The notes under the pieces were generated by a model. It made no database searches and was not told the DNA's origin. It saw nothing but the letters and a program-made list of their open reading frames with translations. A program made the position numbers and the translations under genes. Shown here piece by piece: positions 1-9,692 of a stretch of DNA of 64,000 nucleotides; the stretch's first letter is position 1, and each line of letters opens with the position of its first letter. Source of the DNA: a bacterium (GTDB taxonomy: Bacteria; UBA8248); contig CBDCRP010000003.1 in NCBI GenBank assembly GCA_965221165.1, forward strand, positions 1,984,001 to 2,048,000. The letters run 5' to 3'.

Positions 1-517
1 TCGGACGAACCTCGTGTTCGGGGTGGGGAACCCGGCGGCGGACCTCGTCATCGTCGGGGAAGCGCCCGGGGCCAACGAAGACGCGGAGGGAATTCCCTTC
101 GTGGGCCGGGCGGGCCAGATGCTGACCAAGATGATCGAAAACGTCATCGAAGTCCCCCGCCAGGATGTCTATATCTGCAACATCTTAAAATGCCGCCCGC
201 CGGGCAACCGCAATCCCGAACCGGATGAGATCGACTGCTGCGAACCCTACCTCCACAAGCAACTCGCCATCATTCGGCCCAAACTCATTCTGGCTTTGGG
301 GAAATTCGCCGCGCAGTGGCTGCTCCAGACGAAAACGCCCATCGGCAGGCTCCGGGGAAAATTCGGACGCTACCAGGGAATCCCCTGTCTCGCGACGTAC
401 CATCCGGCATACCTGCTCAGAAACCCGCGCGACAAACGCCTGGTGCTGGACGACCTGCTAAAAGCGAAAGCGGTGTACCACGGAGAGACGGAAGCCGAAA
501 TCGAACTTTTCCGCTAG
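1..517 (+). CDS. Uracil-DNA glycosylase family 4 (5' partial)
   Basis: GEAPG motif, KCRPPGNR with Fe-S cysteines and HPAYLLR motif; ORF runs off the window start. Confidence 0.93.
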   Translation, partial: RTNLVFGVGNPAADLVIVGEAPGANEDAEGIPFVGRAGQMLTKMIENVIEVPRQDVYICNILKCRPPGNRNPEPDEIDCCEPYLHKQLAIIRPKLILALGKFAAQWLLQTKTPIGRLRGKFGRYQGIPCLATYHPAYLLRNPRDKRLVLDDLLKAKAVYHGETEAEIELFR

Positions 518-542
518 ACCCAAGATAATCAGGCGAGACGGT

Positions 543-970
<428 letters not shown>

Positions 971-1197
971 CTAAACAAATGATTGTCCGCCAGATTGCAC
1001 AAGCAGCTTTCCGGGGATTGTTTTTCTCGATTTTCAGGTAATCCCGCTTTCGGGGCAACCCCTGGTGATGGAACTCGCCACTTCCGAAGCGTCGGGGATG
1101 CGCGTTTGATTTCCCATACGAAATATAAGATAAGGTCTTTGCATTTTCGCCCACAAATCACCGAAATCACCTGCCCGACCAAACAGGAGGAGCGTCG

Positions 1198-1977
1198 ATG
1201 GGGGAGAGACCAGCGGCGAGCCTGAGTGGCAAGGACCGCCTTATCGTTGCGCTGGACGCGCCGACGCACGAGGAAGCGCTCACACTGGTTGAAAAACTGG
1301 AGAACGTCTCTTTTTTCAAGGTCGGTCTTGAACTCTTTCTCGCGGGAAACCTGCTTGGATTCATCAAGGAACTTCAGGAGCGCCGCTCCGGCGAAAGCGG
1401 GGTGTTCGTCGACCTGAAGCTCTCGGGAGACATCGGCAACACGATCTCCAGGTTCATCGAGGGCTGCATGGCACTGAACGTCAAGTTCGTTACACTTACC
1501 GAGTCCATGCCGTATGTGATGACGACCAGGACGATTGAAACCGCGCTGAAAACCCGCGGGGAAGCGGAGCACCCCAAACTCTTGATGGTGCCGCTGCTTT
1601 CGAGTCTGAGTGACGATGATTTGCGCAGCGAAGGAATTACAGGAACGGATTCAACGCAGTACATTCTCGATCGGGGAGAAAAGCTGCTCGTTGAGGGTTG
1701 TGACGGGTTGATCGTTTCAGGCGACGCCATCAAGGCCTGCCGCGAAAGATTCCCGAATGCCGATATCGTAAGCCCGGGAATCAGGCCGGCATGGGCCGGA
1801 TCCGATGATCACAAACGACACACGACACCGGCGGAAGCCATTCGCATGGGTTCTGACTATCTCGTCGTGGGCAGGCCCATCACGAAAAGCGACGACCCGT
1901 TCAGTGCGGCCAAGGCGATCATCGACGAGATGGATGAAGCGCTTGAGCACAGAAATTCCGTCGCCGCGTTGGGTTAG
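1198..1977 (+). CDS. pyrF: Orotidine 5'-phosphate decarboxylase (divergent)
   Basis: LIVALD, FFKVGLEL, DLKLSGDIGNT, SPGIR and YLVVGRPI motifs; GGAGGAG RBS. Confidence 0.85.
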   Translation: MGERPAASLSGKDRLIVALDAPTHEEALTLVEKLENVSFFKVGLELFLAGNLLGFIKELQERRSGESGVFVDLKLSGDIGNTISRFIEGCMALNVKFVTLTESMPYVMTTRTIETALKTRGEAEHPKLLMVPLLSSLSDDDLRSEGITGTDSTQYILDRGEKLLVEGCDGLIVSGDAIKACRERFPNADIVSPGIRPAWAGSDDHKRHTTPAEAIRMGSDYLVVGRPITKSDDPFSAAKAIIDEMDEALEHRNSVAALG

Positions 1978-2118
1978 TCTTTCGCGCCGCTGGATATTCC
2001 AGGAAAACCTCCCTCCGCTGAACATCCAAGTTTACCTTGATGTGGGAATTTGATTCAGAAAATTATTTTTGAGACGCCAGTTTGATTCGGTCGTCTTCAG
2101 ATGCACGCCCCCGTGTGT

Positions 2119-2565
2119 CTATCCGGTTCTTTCCAGCAATTCCCGAAGCGCCTTCGCGCTATCCTCGGTGCGTTCGATCAACGCATCCGTCGCTTTCGCG
2201 CCATTCTCGACGCGTTCGATCAACGCCTCCGTACTGGCCCCGGTGCGCTCGATCAACGCATCGGTCGCTTTCGTGCCACTCTCGACACGCTCGATCAGTG
2301 CCTTCCAACTACCCTCGGTGCGTGCAAGCGTAGCTTCCAGCGATTTCGTGTTGACTGCGGTGCGCTCGAGCAAGGCATCAAGCGCTTTCGTTTGGTTGTC
2401 CAGCGCTATGGTCTGATTGTCCAGAACCCTGTCTCTATGTTTTGACGCCTTGTGCATCATGAAAAGCCCGCATCCTATCAAGGCGCACTGGGCGATGCCG
2501 ACTCCAGCGGCAACATAAATGCTCCACCCTTGCAATTCGAGCGTCGCCATCTGGAATTCCGTCAT
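2119..2565 (-). CDS. Membrane-anchored coiled-coil repeat protein (ALIER repeats), unknown function
   Basis: N-terminal hydrophobic helix followed by 11/14-aa repeats ending ALRELLERTG; GAGGGA upstream of ATG 2565. Confidence 0.75.
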   Translation of the reverse strand: MTEFQMATLELQGWSIYVAAGVGIAQCALIGCGLFMMHKASKHRDRVLDNQTIALDNQTKALDALLERTAVNTKSLEATLARTEGSWKALIERVESGTKATDALIERTGASTEALIERVENGAKATDALIERTEDSAKALRELLERTG

Positions 2566-2690
2566 TTCTCGTTCCCTCTCGCATTTCAATAAAGCGGCAA
2601 CAGAAATATCTCCCGATGCACTGGAAATGTCAAAATGGGATCCCCATAGAGGAAAAGCATAGCGACTCGGCTCTTAAGTATATTTCCCCA

Positions 2691-4142
2691 TCATTTATCC
2701 TTCCGCCTCGCCCTTCTTCCCGGCATGGCGGGGTCGGTGGGCCGGCGGTCGTCCATGGATTTCTCATCGGGTATGTTCAAGCGCTCCCCCAGGCGTTCGT
2801 TCAGTATCTCCTCGCGCCTGTCGAGTCTTTTTTGCACCTCCGCCTCGTAGCCCCGGGAGGTGGGATGATAAAACCGCGTCCCCTGCAACCCCTCCGGCAT
2901 GCCCTCCATCTCCACCACCGCGTCGTCGAACTGGTGCGCGTGCCGGTAGCCCTCGCCATAGCCCAAATCCCGCATCAGGCCGGTCGGCGCGTTTCTCAGA
3001 TGATGCGGTACGGGGCGCGCGTCGTGCTCGCGCACGGTGCGCTCGGCGGCCCCGAAGCCACGGTAGACCGCATCGCTCTTGGGGGCTTGGGCGAGATAGA
3101 CCACCGCCTGGGCGATGGCGAGTTTCCCCTCGGGGGGGCCGATGAAATGAAACGCCTGCTGGGCGGCGGTCGCCACGCTCAGCGCATCGGGGTCCGCCAT
3201 GCCGACGTCCTCGGAGGCGAACCGCACGATGCGCCTCAATATGTACATGGGGTCTTCTCCCCCATCGAGCATTCGCGCGAGCCAATAAAGCGCAGCGTCG
3301 GGGTCGGAGGCGCGCATGGTCTTGTGAAGGGCCGAGATGAGATTGTAGTGCTCCTCGCCCGATTTATCATAAAGAAGCGTCTTGCGCTGGGCGGCCTCTC
3401 CCACGAGGTTCAAGTCGATGCGGCCGTTCGCACCGGCGAGGGAAGCGGCGGCCTCGAGAATATTGAGGGCCGAGCGCGCATCTCCGCTGCTTAGGCTCGC
3501 GACCCGGCGCAGGGCCTCATCCTCCGCACCGAGGCCCATGCTCCCCAAACCCCGCTCTCTGTCCTTCAGGGCGCGATGAAGCAGAGCGACGATGTGCTCT
3601 TCCTTCAACCCCTCCAGCACGAACACGCGCGCGCGGGAGAGCAGGGGGGCGATGACCTCGAAAGAGGGGTTTTCCGTCGTCGCGCCGATGAGAACCACCG
3701 CCCCGCTTTCCACGTGCGGCAGGAGGCCGTCCTGCTGGGCCTTGTTGAATCGGTGAATCTCGTCGATGAACAGTATCGTCCGGACGTTCCTGCGCCTCAT
3801 GCGCTTCGCCTCGTCCACGGCGGCGCGCAATTCCTTGACCCCGTGGAGCACCGCGCTCAGCGTGATGAAGTGCGCGTTCGTCCTCCCGGCGATGATGCGC
3901 GCGAGGGTCGTCTTCCCCGTGCCGGGCGGCCCCCAGAAGATGAACGGGCGCAAGGCGTCTTCCTCCACGGCGCGCCTGAGCACGCGGCCCGGGCCGATGA
4001 GATGCTCCTGCCCCAGTACCTCGTCGAGCGTTTTGGGGCGCATGCGCTCTGCCAGGGGGGCTGCGGAGTCGACTCTTGCTTCCGGCGCTTCGCCCGCGCC
4101 GCTTTCGTCGTCTTCCGCCGGGTCGAACAGGCTTCTCTCCAA
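2691..4142 (-). CDS. rarA: Replication-associated recombination protein A (RarA/MgsA AAA+ ATPase)
   Basis: [46 protein letters not shown]. Confidence 0.96.
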   Translation of the reverse strand: MERSLFDPAEDDESGAGEAPEARVDSAAPLAERMRPKTLDEVLGQEHLIGPGRVLRRAVEEDALRPFIFWGPPGTGKTTLARIIAGRTNAHFITLSAVLHGVKELRAAVDEAKRMRRRNVRTILFIDEIHRFNKAQQDGLLPHVESGAVVLIGATTENPSFEVIAPLLSRARVFVLEGLKEEHIVALLHRALKDRERGLGSMGLGAEDEALRRVASLSSGDARSALNILEAAASLAGANGRIDLNLVGEAAQRKTLLYDKSGEEHYNLISALHKTMRASDPDAALYWLARMLDGGEDPMYILRRIVRFASEDVGMADPDALSVATAAQQAFHFIGPPEGKLAIAQAVVYLAQAPKSDAVYRGFGAAERTVREHDARPVPHHLRNAPTGLMRDLGYGEGYRHAHQFDDAVVEMEGMPEGLQGTRFYHPTSRGYEAEVQKRLDRREEILNERLGERLNIPDEKSMDDRRPTDPAMPGRRARRKDK

Positions 4143-4278
4143 TGTGCGCTCCTTTTTAAGAAACGACCCATTGTAGCACCCGTTTTTCAGGTTTCAGAAA
4201 ATTATTTTCATTTTGCCGCATGGAATACGTGGAGGGGCTGAGGCACGGTTCCGCCCATGCGCAGAGCGCGATGGTTTC

Positions 4279-4489
4279 GTAGGGGCGCTTCGTGAAGCGC
4301 CCGCCTCCTCCGTCAAGGGCCGTGCGCGAACGCGGGACGACCCCGGGGAGGGATTCGTTCCCTGCGCCCCCCGGCGCATCGTTCTCCCGGATTTCGAAAT
4401 TCCTCCCTCTTCGGTAGGGACAACCCCCCGTGGTTGTCCTTTGTCAGGCCCGGCGTGGACCGCGGACAGGCACGGGGGCCTGTCCCTAC
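4279..4489. repeat. GTAG-family REP palindromes: single at 4279-4302, inverted pair at 4414-4439/4464-4489
   Basis: GTAGGGGCGCTTCGTGAAGCGCCC; GTAGGGACAACCCCCCGTGGTTGTCC ... GGACAGGCACGGGGGCCTGTCCCTAC. Confidence 0.85.
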
Positions 4490-4549
4490 GATTAACCCTC
4501 CCGCATCGGTCGGAATTGATCCTCCTCCCCGTCGGAAAACCGCAGTATT

Positions 4550-4838
4550 CCCCTCCTCGGGGCGGGGTGACCTTAAAGGGTGGTCGCCACTTGCCCCTCA
4601 TCGGTCGCAAACCCTCCTTCCTCAGTCGGGTTTGACCCAGCATTTGCCGTTATCGTCCGGGCTTGGGGCCATGCCGGAACGGCGCCGCGGGCCGGTGCGT
4701 CGGGGCCACCCGGAATTGGTGAAAAAAGGGAAAAAATAGTAAAAAAAGGCGAAAATATCTGAAAATAAGTGAAAATTTATCGCGTTGTTTTCAAATGACT
4801 TACAGGGAATCTGCCCCCGTTTGGCCGCACAGGGGGGC
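4550..4838 (+). repeat. Left copy of long composite inverted repeat (partner at 51506-51766)
   Basis: Shared blocks 4550-4607 (58 bp, 1 mismatch), 4611-4629, 4699-4716 and 4720-4779 (60 bp, 1 mismatch) match the reverse complement of 51709-51766, 51662-51680, 51627-51644 and 51564-51623. Confidence 0.95.
4721..4802 (+). promoter_or_regulatory. Phased A-tract (curved DNA) array plus IHF-like site
   Basis: gaaaaaaggg aaaaaatagt aaaaaaaggc gaaaatatct gaaaataagt gaaaatttat gives six A-tracts at a 10-bp period, followed by TATCGCGTTGTTTTCAAATGACTTA. Protein binding is inferred. Confidence 0.6.
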
Positions 4839-4976
4839 CGGGAGTTTCTCACGCGCGTCATCTGTGGGATATTCGGAGGGGGCGTCTCCGGCTCGCCGAT
4901 ATGGGCGGAAAAGATACCGGAAGGCTTCTTTTGCGTTTTCATGGAACATTGCTTTTCCAGCACCCAGGGGGTATTC

Positions 4977-5366
4977 ATGGAAAAAAAGGTCATTCATACC
5001 GACAAGGCCGCATCCGGCAAGGTGCCGTTATCCCAGGCCATTCAGATTGGAGAGTGGCTCCACTGCTCGGGGCAGTTGCCCATCGATCCCAAGACGGGAG
5101 AACTCGTTCCGGGTGGCGCAGCCGAGCAGACGCGCCAAATCATCGAGAATCTAAAAGCTGTGTGCGAGGCAGGCGGCACTTCCTTGAAAAATGCCGTAAA
5201 AGTCACTATTTTCATGGAATATCTGGCGGATCTGCAGGAAATGAACGCAGTGTTCGAGGAATATTTCGGGACGGAAGACCCACCGGCGCGAACGACTTTT
5301 CAGGCGTCAAAAATCATCGCAGGCGCGAAACTCGAAATCGAACTGCTGGCGTTCATCCCCCAATAA
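4977..5366 (+). CDS. RidA/YjgF family enamine deaminase
   Basis: LSQAI, SGQLPIDP, VKVTIF, PARTT, LEIE motifs. Confidence 0.9.
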   Translation: MEKKVIHTDKAASGKVPLSQAIQIGEWLHCSGQLPIDPKTGELVPGGAAEQTRQIIENLKAVCEAGGTSLKNAVKVTIFMEYLADLQEMNAVFEEYFGTEDPPARTTFQASKIIAGAKLEIELLAFIPQ

Positions 5367-5398
5367 TATTCATTCCCCGATAGCAAGAGGAGAACCTT

Positions 5399-6028
5399 TT
5401 GGCCACAAGAGCACCCCAGGTTGGAATACTGATGGGAAGCGCATCGGATAAACCCGTGATGGAAGAAGCCGTCAAAGCGCTGGATATTTTCAACATTCCC
5501 TCCGAAATGAGAATCTTATCGGCCCACCGCACGCCCGACGCCGTTCATAAGTATGTAAAAACGGCGCCTGAGCGCGGAATCCGGGTACTGATCGCAGGAG
5601 CAGGCATGTCGGCGCACTTGGCGGGCGTCGTAGGCGCCGCCACGGATCTGCCCGTGATAGGGGTTCCCATCGACAGTTCCTCGCTCGGCGGCCTCGACTC
5701 TCTTCTCTCCACAGTACAAATGCCTCCCGGCATTCCCGTGGCGACGATGGGAATCGGCGGCCCCGGGGCCAGGAACGCAGCCCTTCACGCCACTCGAATA
5801 CTCGCTTTGACCGACTCGAAACTAGCGAAGGAATACCGACGTTTCGCGCAGCAGCAAACCGAGAAGGTCCTGGCCGCGGACGCCGCGCTCCAAAAAGAAA
5901 TCTCTCCTCCAACCGTCCAAACGCAAAAAGACGGCTCGGCTCAACCCAAGAGTGACGCCAGAAAAAGTTCCGGGCAAAAACCAAGACCCAAGCGGAGTCG
6001 CCCCAAGAGAACATTCCGGAAAAAATAG
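5399..6028 (+). CDS. purE: N5-CAIR mutase with basic C-terminal tail
   Basis: MGSASD, SAHRTP, AGAGMSAHL, VQMPPGIPVAT. Confidence 0.96.
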   Translation: MATRAPQVGILMGSASDKPVMEEAVKALDIFNIPSEMRILSAHRTPDAVHKYVKTAPERGIRVLIAGAGMSAHLAGVVGAATDLPVIGVPIDSSSLGGLDSLLSTVQMPPGIPVATMGIGGPGARNAALHATRILALTDSKLAKEYRRFAQQQTEKVLAADAALQKEISPPTVQTQKDGSAQPKSDARKSSGQKPRPKRSRPKRTFRKK

Positions 6029-6031
6029 ACA

Positions 6032-6682
6032 GTGGGTAGAATCCTCTCGGTGAACCCTGATTCACCAGAAGAAGAAGTCATTCGGCAGGCCGGCGAAGAG
6101 CTGATTTCCGGAAACATCATCGCTTTGCCCACGGATACGATTTATGGGCTATGCGCACGCGCCTTCGATGAAAAAGCCATCGAGAGACTCTACGAAGTAA
6201 AGGGAAGAAAAGATGAAAAGGGCGCCCCTGTCCTTATCGGGCAACGCTCCCAGTTAAAAGGCCTTGCCAGCGACATCTCCACGCGCGCAGCGCGCTTAAT
6301 CGATAGTTTATGGCCTTCAGGGCTGACTCTGGTTCTGCCCGCATGCCCTAAACTCTCTCCCCGACTCTCTGAAGGCGGCATGAACATCGCCGTTCGCATG
6401 CCCGCTCTTGCGCTTTGCCATAGCCTAGCCATGCAGGTCGGCCCGTTCGTGGCAACAAGCGCGAACCTATCCGGTGAGCCTTCACTCAATAGCGCTCAAG
6501 AAATCTCGGCTCGATTTCAAAACAAGGTGACGTTGGTTTTAGACGGCGGGAAAATAGAGAATACCTTGCCTTCCACCGTGGTGGACGCAAGAGGAGAGAA
6601 ACCAAAGCTCTTGCGCGAAGGTATGGTCGATTTCGCATCGGTGGTTCAAGTCTGGAATAAAGCGGAAGAGCAGGCGCCCTGA
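6032..6682 (+). CDS. tsaC: L-threonylcarbamoyladenylate synthase (Sua5/YrdC)
   Basis: PTDTIYGL, KGR, WPSGLT, TSANLSG, PSTVVD. Confidence 0.92.
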   Translation: MGRILSVNPDSPEEEVIRQAGEELISGNIIALPTDTIYGLCARAFDEKAIERLYEVKGRKDEKGAPVLIGQRSQLKGLASDISTRAARLIDSLWPSGLTLVLPACPKLSPRLSEGGMNIAVRMPALALCHSLAMQVGPFVATSANLSGEPSLNSAQEISARFQNKVTLVLDGGKIENTLPSTVVDARGEKPKLLREGMVDFASVVQVWNKAEEQAP

Positions 6683-6685
6683 ATT

Positions 6686-6985
6686 TTATTCCGGCGCCGG
6701 CATATTCAATACGATTCGGCCTTCTCCTTCGACGATACACTGACAAGCCAGCCGATATTCATCCGGATTCCATCCATAGGCATCCAGCGTATCTTTTTCG
6801 TCTTCTTGTTGTGGAGAGAGAAACTCGGCTCCCGAAATCACGACCACCTTACAGGTAGAACACGCACAATTACCGCCACAATCACAGGTATGGTCAACAC
6901 CATTATCCATATCCGCGTCAAGTATGGAATCTCCAATCTCCGTCTCATATTCAGCATCCAGGTTCTCGTATCGAATAACGCTCAA
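6686..6985 (-). CDS. 2Fe-2S ferredoxin
   Basis: CGGNCACSTC...RLACQC; TTG start at 6985 behind a GGAGG RBS. Confidence 0.9.
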   Translation of the reverse strand: MSVIRYENLDAEYETEIGDSILDADMDNGVDHTCDCGGNCACSTCKVVVISGAEFLSPQQEDEKDTLDAYGWNPDEYRLACQCIVEGEGRIVLNMPAPE

Positions 6986-7206
6986 AAAACAACCTCCCGA
7001 AAAAACAGTAAAATAAAATTTCCGAGACAGTACGCTCATAAAACGATTTTCGCAGGCATGGGGATTCTACGAAATCCCATCCTCCCCGGGCCAAATTTAT
7101 TACCCTTTTTCACGCTATTCAACAAGCGCCTTCAAGAGTTTTTACGTTGTATCTTAAACAATGGCGAGCCTGAACATGCAGATTTGCGGGAAGACGGGGA
7201 GATACG

Positions 7207-7938
7207 CTAGACCATGCCTTTCGGCGGAAGAACCACCATCGATTCCGTCCACGCCCTGCGAGACTGAGACAGCAAAAACTCAATGGATTCCGCCACCAGA
7301 TCCGGAGGAATCATCGCCTCAAAATCGAACTCGCCTGGAATGGATTTCCACATATCCGTTGCGCAAGCTCCAGGCCGGAGGATGGTGAGCCGTATTCCCT
7401 TGGGCCTCAATTCTTCCACCAATGCCCTGGATAATCCCTCCAGGCCAGCTTTAGCGGCGCAATAAGCCGATGCCCCCGGAAAACCCGACACAGCGCTAAT
7501 CGAAGATATATTGATGACCTCACCTTCCGCTGCTTCGAGCAGGGGACAAAGAACCCGCGTCAACATGAAAGGGGCGATGAGACACACCGAGACAGTGGAA
7601 TGAAATTCATCTACCGAGAGGTTTTCGATATCCTTGAAAACACCAGAACCCGCATTGTTTATCAGCGTATCCACACCCTCTAGCCGTTTTCCGGCCATTT
7701 CAGCGAGCGCTTCAACTTCATCGGCTTTCGTCACATCGCAACTGTGCGGGAAAATCTGTCCCACGCATCCTTTCGAATCAAAAGCCAGTCTCGCCAGGGC
7801 ATCGGCATCCCTCGAAACGGCAAGCACTTTCGCTCCCGCTTTTGCGAGACGAAGCGCGCTCGCACGGCCTATTCCCCGAGAAGCCCCTGTAAGGACGATT
7901 CGTCTCTTCTCCAAATTTCTGGGCTCACCGAATGCCAT
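7207..7938 (-). CDS. SDR family oxidoreductase (possible sepiapterin reductase-like)
   Basis: TGASRGIG, NNAG, YCAAK; start overlaps the end of the PTPS gene. Confidence 0.88.
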   Translation of the reverse strand: MAFGEPRNLEKRRIVLTGASRGIGRASALRLAKAGAKVLAVSRDADALARLAFDSKGCVGQIFPHSCDVTKADEVEALAEMAGKRLEGVDTLINNAGSGVFKDIENLSVDEFHSTVSVCLIAPFMLTRVLCPLLEAAEGEVINISSISAVSGFPGASAYCAAKAGLEGLSRALVEELRPKGIRLTILRPGACATDMWKSIPGEFDFEAMIPPDLVAESIEFLLSQSRRAWTESMVVLPPKGMV

Positions 7939-8353
7939 CGGGACTTTCTCCATAATAATCCACGAAATTTCGCTCGTTCTCATATAAACGAACGCGAAAA
8001 AGAATCTCCGCATCTATATATTCAGCCAAACATTCCCAAATCGAAATCACAATGTTCTCTGCTGTGGGGATTCGATTTTTCATAAACCCCGCCGCATCTT
8101 CATTCAGATTCTTGTGATCTAGCGCTTCTACAACTTCTCGTTTCATAATCTTCTTCAGATCGCCGAGATTATAAGCCATTCCCGTTTCGGGGTTTACGGG
8201 GCTTCTCAAGGTCACTTCAAAAACATAATTATGCCCATGGAAGTGCGGATTGGCGCATTTTCCATACATGGCTTCATTGCGTTCATCACACCAGTCGGGT
8301 CGAAATAACCGGTGCGCCGCGGAGAATTCTTCTTGTCTTGTTATTTCAATCAT
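7925..8353 (-). CDS. 6-pyruvoyl-tetrahydropterin synthase family (COG0720), PTPS-II-type motif
   Basis: FSAAHRL, C-ANPHF-HGHNY (C-X5-HGH), LDHKNLN, PTAEN. Confidence 0.9.
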   Translation of the reverse strand: MIEITRQEEFSAAHRLFRPDWCDERNEAMYGKCANPHFHGHNYVFEVTLRSPVNPETGMAYNLGDLKKIMKREVVEALDHKNLNEDAAGFMKNRIPTAENIVISIWECLAEYIDAEILFRVRLYENERNFVDYYGESPDGIR

Positions 8354-8359
8354 CTACCC

Positions 8360-9571
8360 TCAATCCTTCGCTGAAATCGGCTCGATGACGGAAACATCCG
8401 TTTCAATCATGTCCGCATATTTCAAGCCTGTGGCCGTATTAAATGTCACGATGCGCTCATCACGCCCGATGTCGCCTCGCTCAAGCAAAACTTCCAGGGC
8501 CGAAATACATGCCCCGCCTTCCGGGCAAATTAGAATCCCCTCAGAAGCGCCCATTCTACTTTGGGCTTCGAACATCATCTCATCCGAGACGGCAATCGCC
8601 GTGCCACCACTTTCCCGGATGGCCTGAAGACATAAGAAATCCGCCAGAACCTTTGGCGCGCACAATCCGGATACCACCGTCGTAGGGTTGTCCCATAAGG
8701 AGGAAACATCTTCTTTGTTCTTATACGCCCGCACGAGCGGGGCGCAACCTTCGGCCTGAACGCAAATCATGCGAGGTCTTTTTTCCCCTATCCAGCCCAA
8801 CCGCTCAAGCTCATCAAAGGCGCGCCACATCGCCACCAGTCCCGTCCCGCCACCGGTGGGATAGAGGATCACGTCTGGAACATCGCCGCCGAATTGCTCA
8901 ACGAGTTCGTAGGCCATCGTTTTTTTACCTTCAGCTCGATATGGCTCCTTGAAAGTGGATAATTCGAACCAACCTTCCGCCGGTGTTTTTTCCGCCACAA
9001 TTTCCGCACAGTGATGGATATAGCCATTTACAACGGTCACATCGGCCCCCGCTAGAGCGCATTCCACCTTATGCACGCTTGGCGCTTTTTCCGGCACATA
9101 AACGAACGCCTTGATTCCCGCTCGTGAGGCGTAAGCCGCCGCCGCGCCACCCGCGTTCCCAGCTGTCGGAATGGCGATTTTTTTTGCTCCCAGATACCGC
9201 GCCATCGTGATTGCGACAGACAATCCTCTCGACTTGAAACTTCCCGTAGGGTTCAAGCCCTCATCTTTCACCAGCAGGTTTGAAAATCCCAAAACCTTCT
9301 TAAGACGAGGGACCTCCAATAGGGGCGTCATGCCCTCGCCGAGCGTAACGATGGAGCTTTCGTCGGGGGCCGGGAGCATTTCATGATAGCGCCACATGGA
9401 ATGGGCGCGGCTCGCCATATTCCTGATGTTCAAAGTCCGCGCGGCGGCTTCGGTGTCATATCGCGCCAGTAACGGAGCACCGGAGGGGCTTAAATTCATC
9501 AAGCCGCCGGGCTCGAATTGTTCTCCTGTTTTTGAACATTCAAGACCTATGAACGCGGAATAAGAATTCAT
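8360..9571 (-). CDS. thrC: Threonine synthase-like PLP enzyme
   Basis: TLGEGMTPL, NPTGSFKSRG, TAGNAG, EGKKTM, PTGGGTG. Confidence 0.85.
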   Translation of the reverse strand: MNSYSAFIGLECSKTGEQFEPGGLMNLSPSGAPLLARYDTEAAARTLNIRNMASRAHSMWRYHEMLPAPDESSIVTLGEGMTPLLEVPRLKKVLGFSNLLVKDEGLNPTGSFKSRGLSVAITMARYLGAKKIAIPTAGNAGGAAAAYASRAGIKAFVYVPEKAPSVHKVECALAGADVTVVNGYIHHCAEIVAEKTPAEGWFELSTFKEPYRAEGKKTMAYELVEQFGGDVPDVILYPTGGGTGLVAMWRAFDELERLGWIGEKRPRMICVQAEGCAPLVRAYKNKEDVSSLWDNPTTVVSGLCAPKVLADFLCLQAIRESGGTAIAVSDEMMFEAQSRMGASEGILICPEGGACISALEVLLERGDIGRDERIVTFNTATGLKYADMIETDVSVIEPISAKD

Positions 9572-9692
9572 CTCATAAATCCATTCATGAGGTTTTGTTT
9601 CTCGATATTGTTGCATCCAAGGTACTTTGGTACTTTCTCATTAATTTTCATCACGATATCGTCATAATCGCTGCCCCCGCAAGGAGAAAAAG

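Noticed and set aside
2616-3494. Long antisense ORFs (also 44511-45758, 57321-58331, 58495-59472) and the alternate-frame ORF 54753-55724
   Set aside because: Shadow frames of well-supported genes in GC-rich DNA.
4194-4762. ORFs across the repeat region (also 51621-52297, 55835-56130, 62642-63457)
   Set aside because: They are translations of REP and boundary repeats with no protein motifs.
4720-4900. CRISPR leader-like A-rich/IHF region
   Set aside because: No repeat-spacer array follows either copy and there are no cas genes in the window.
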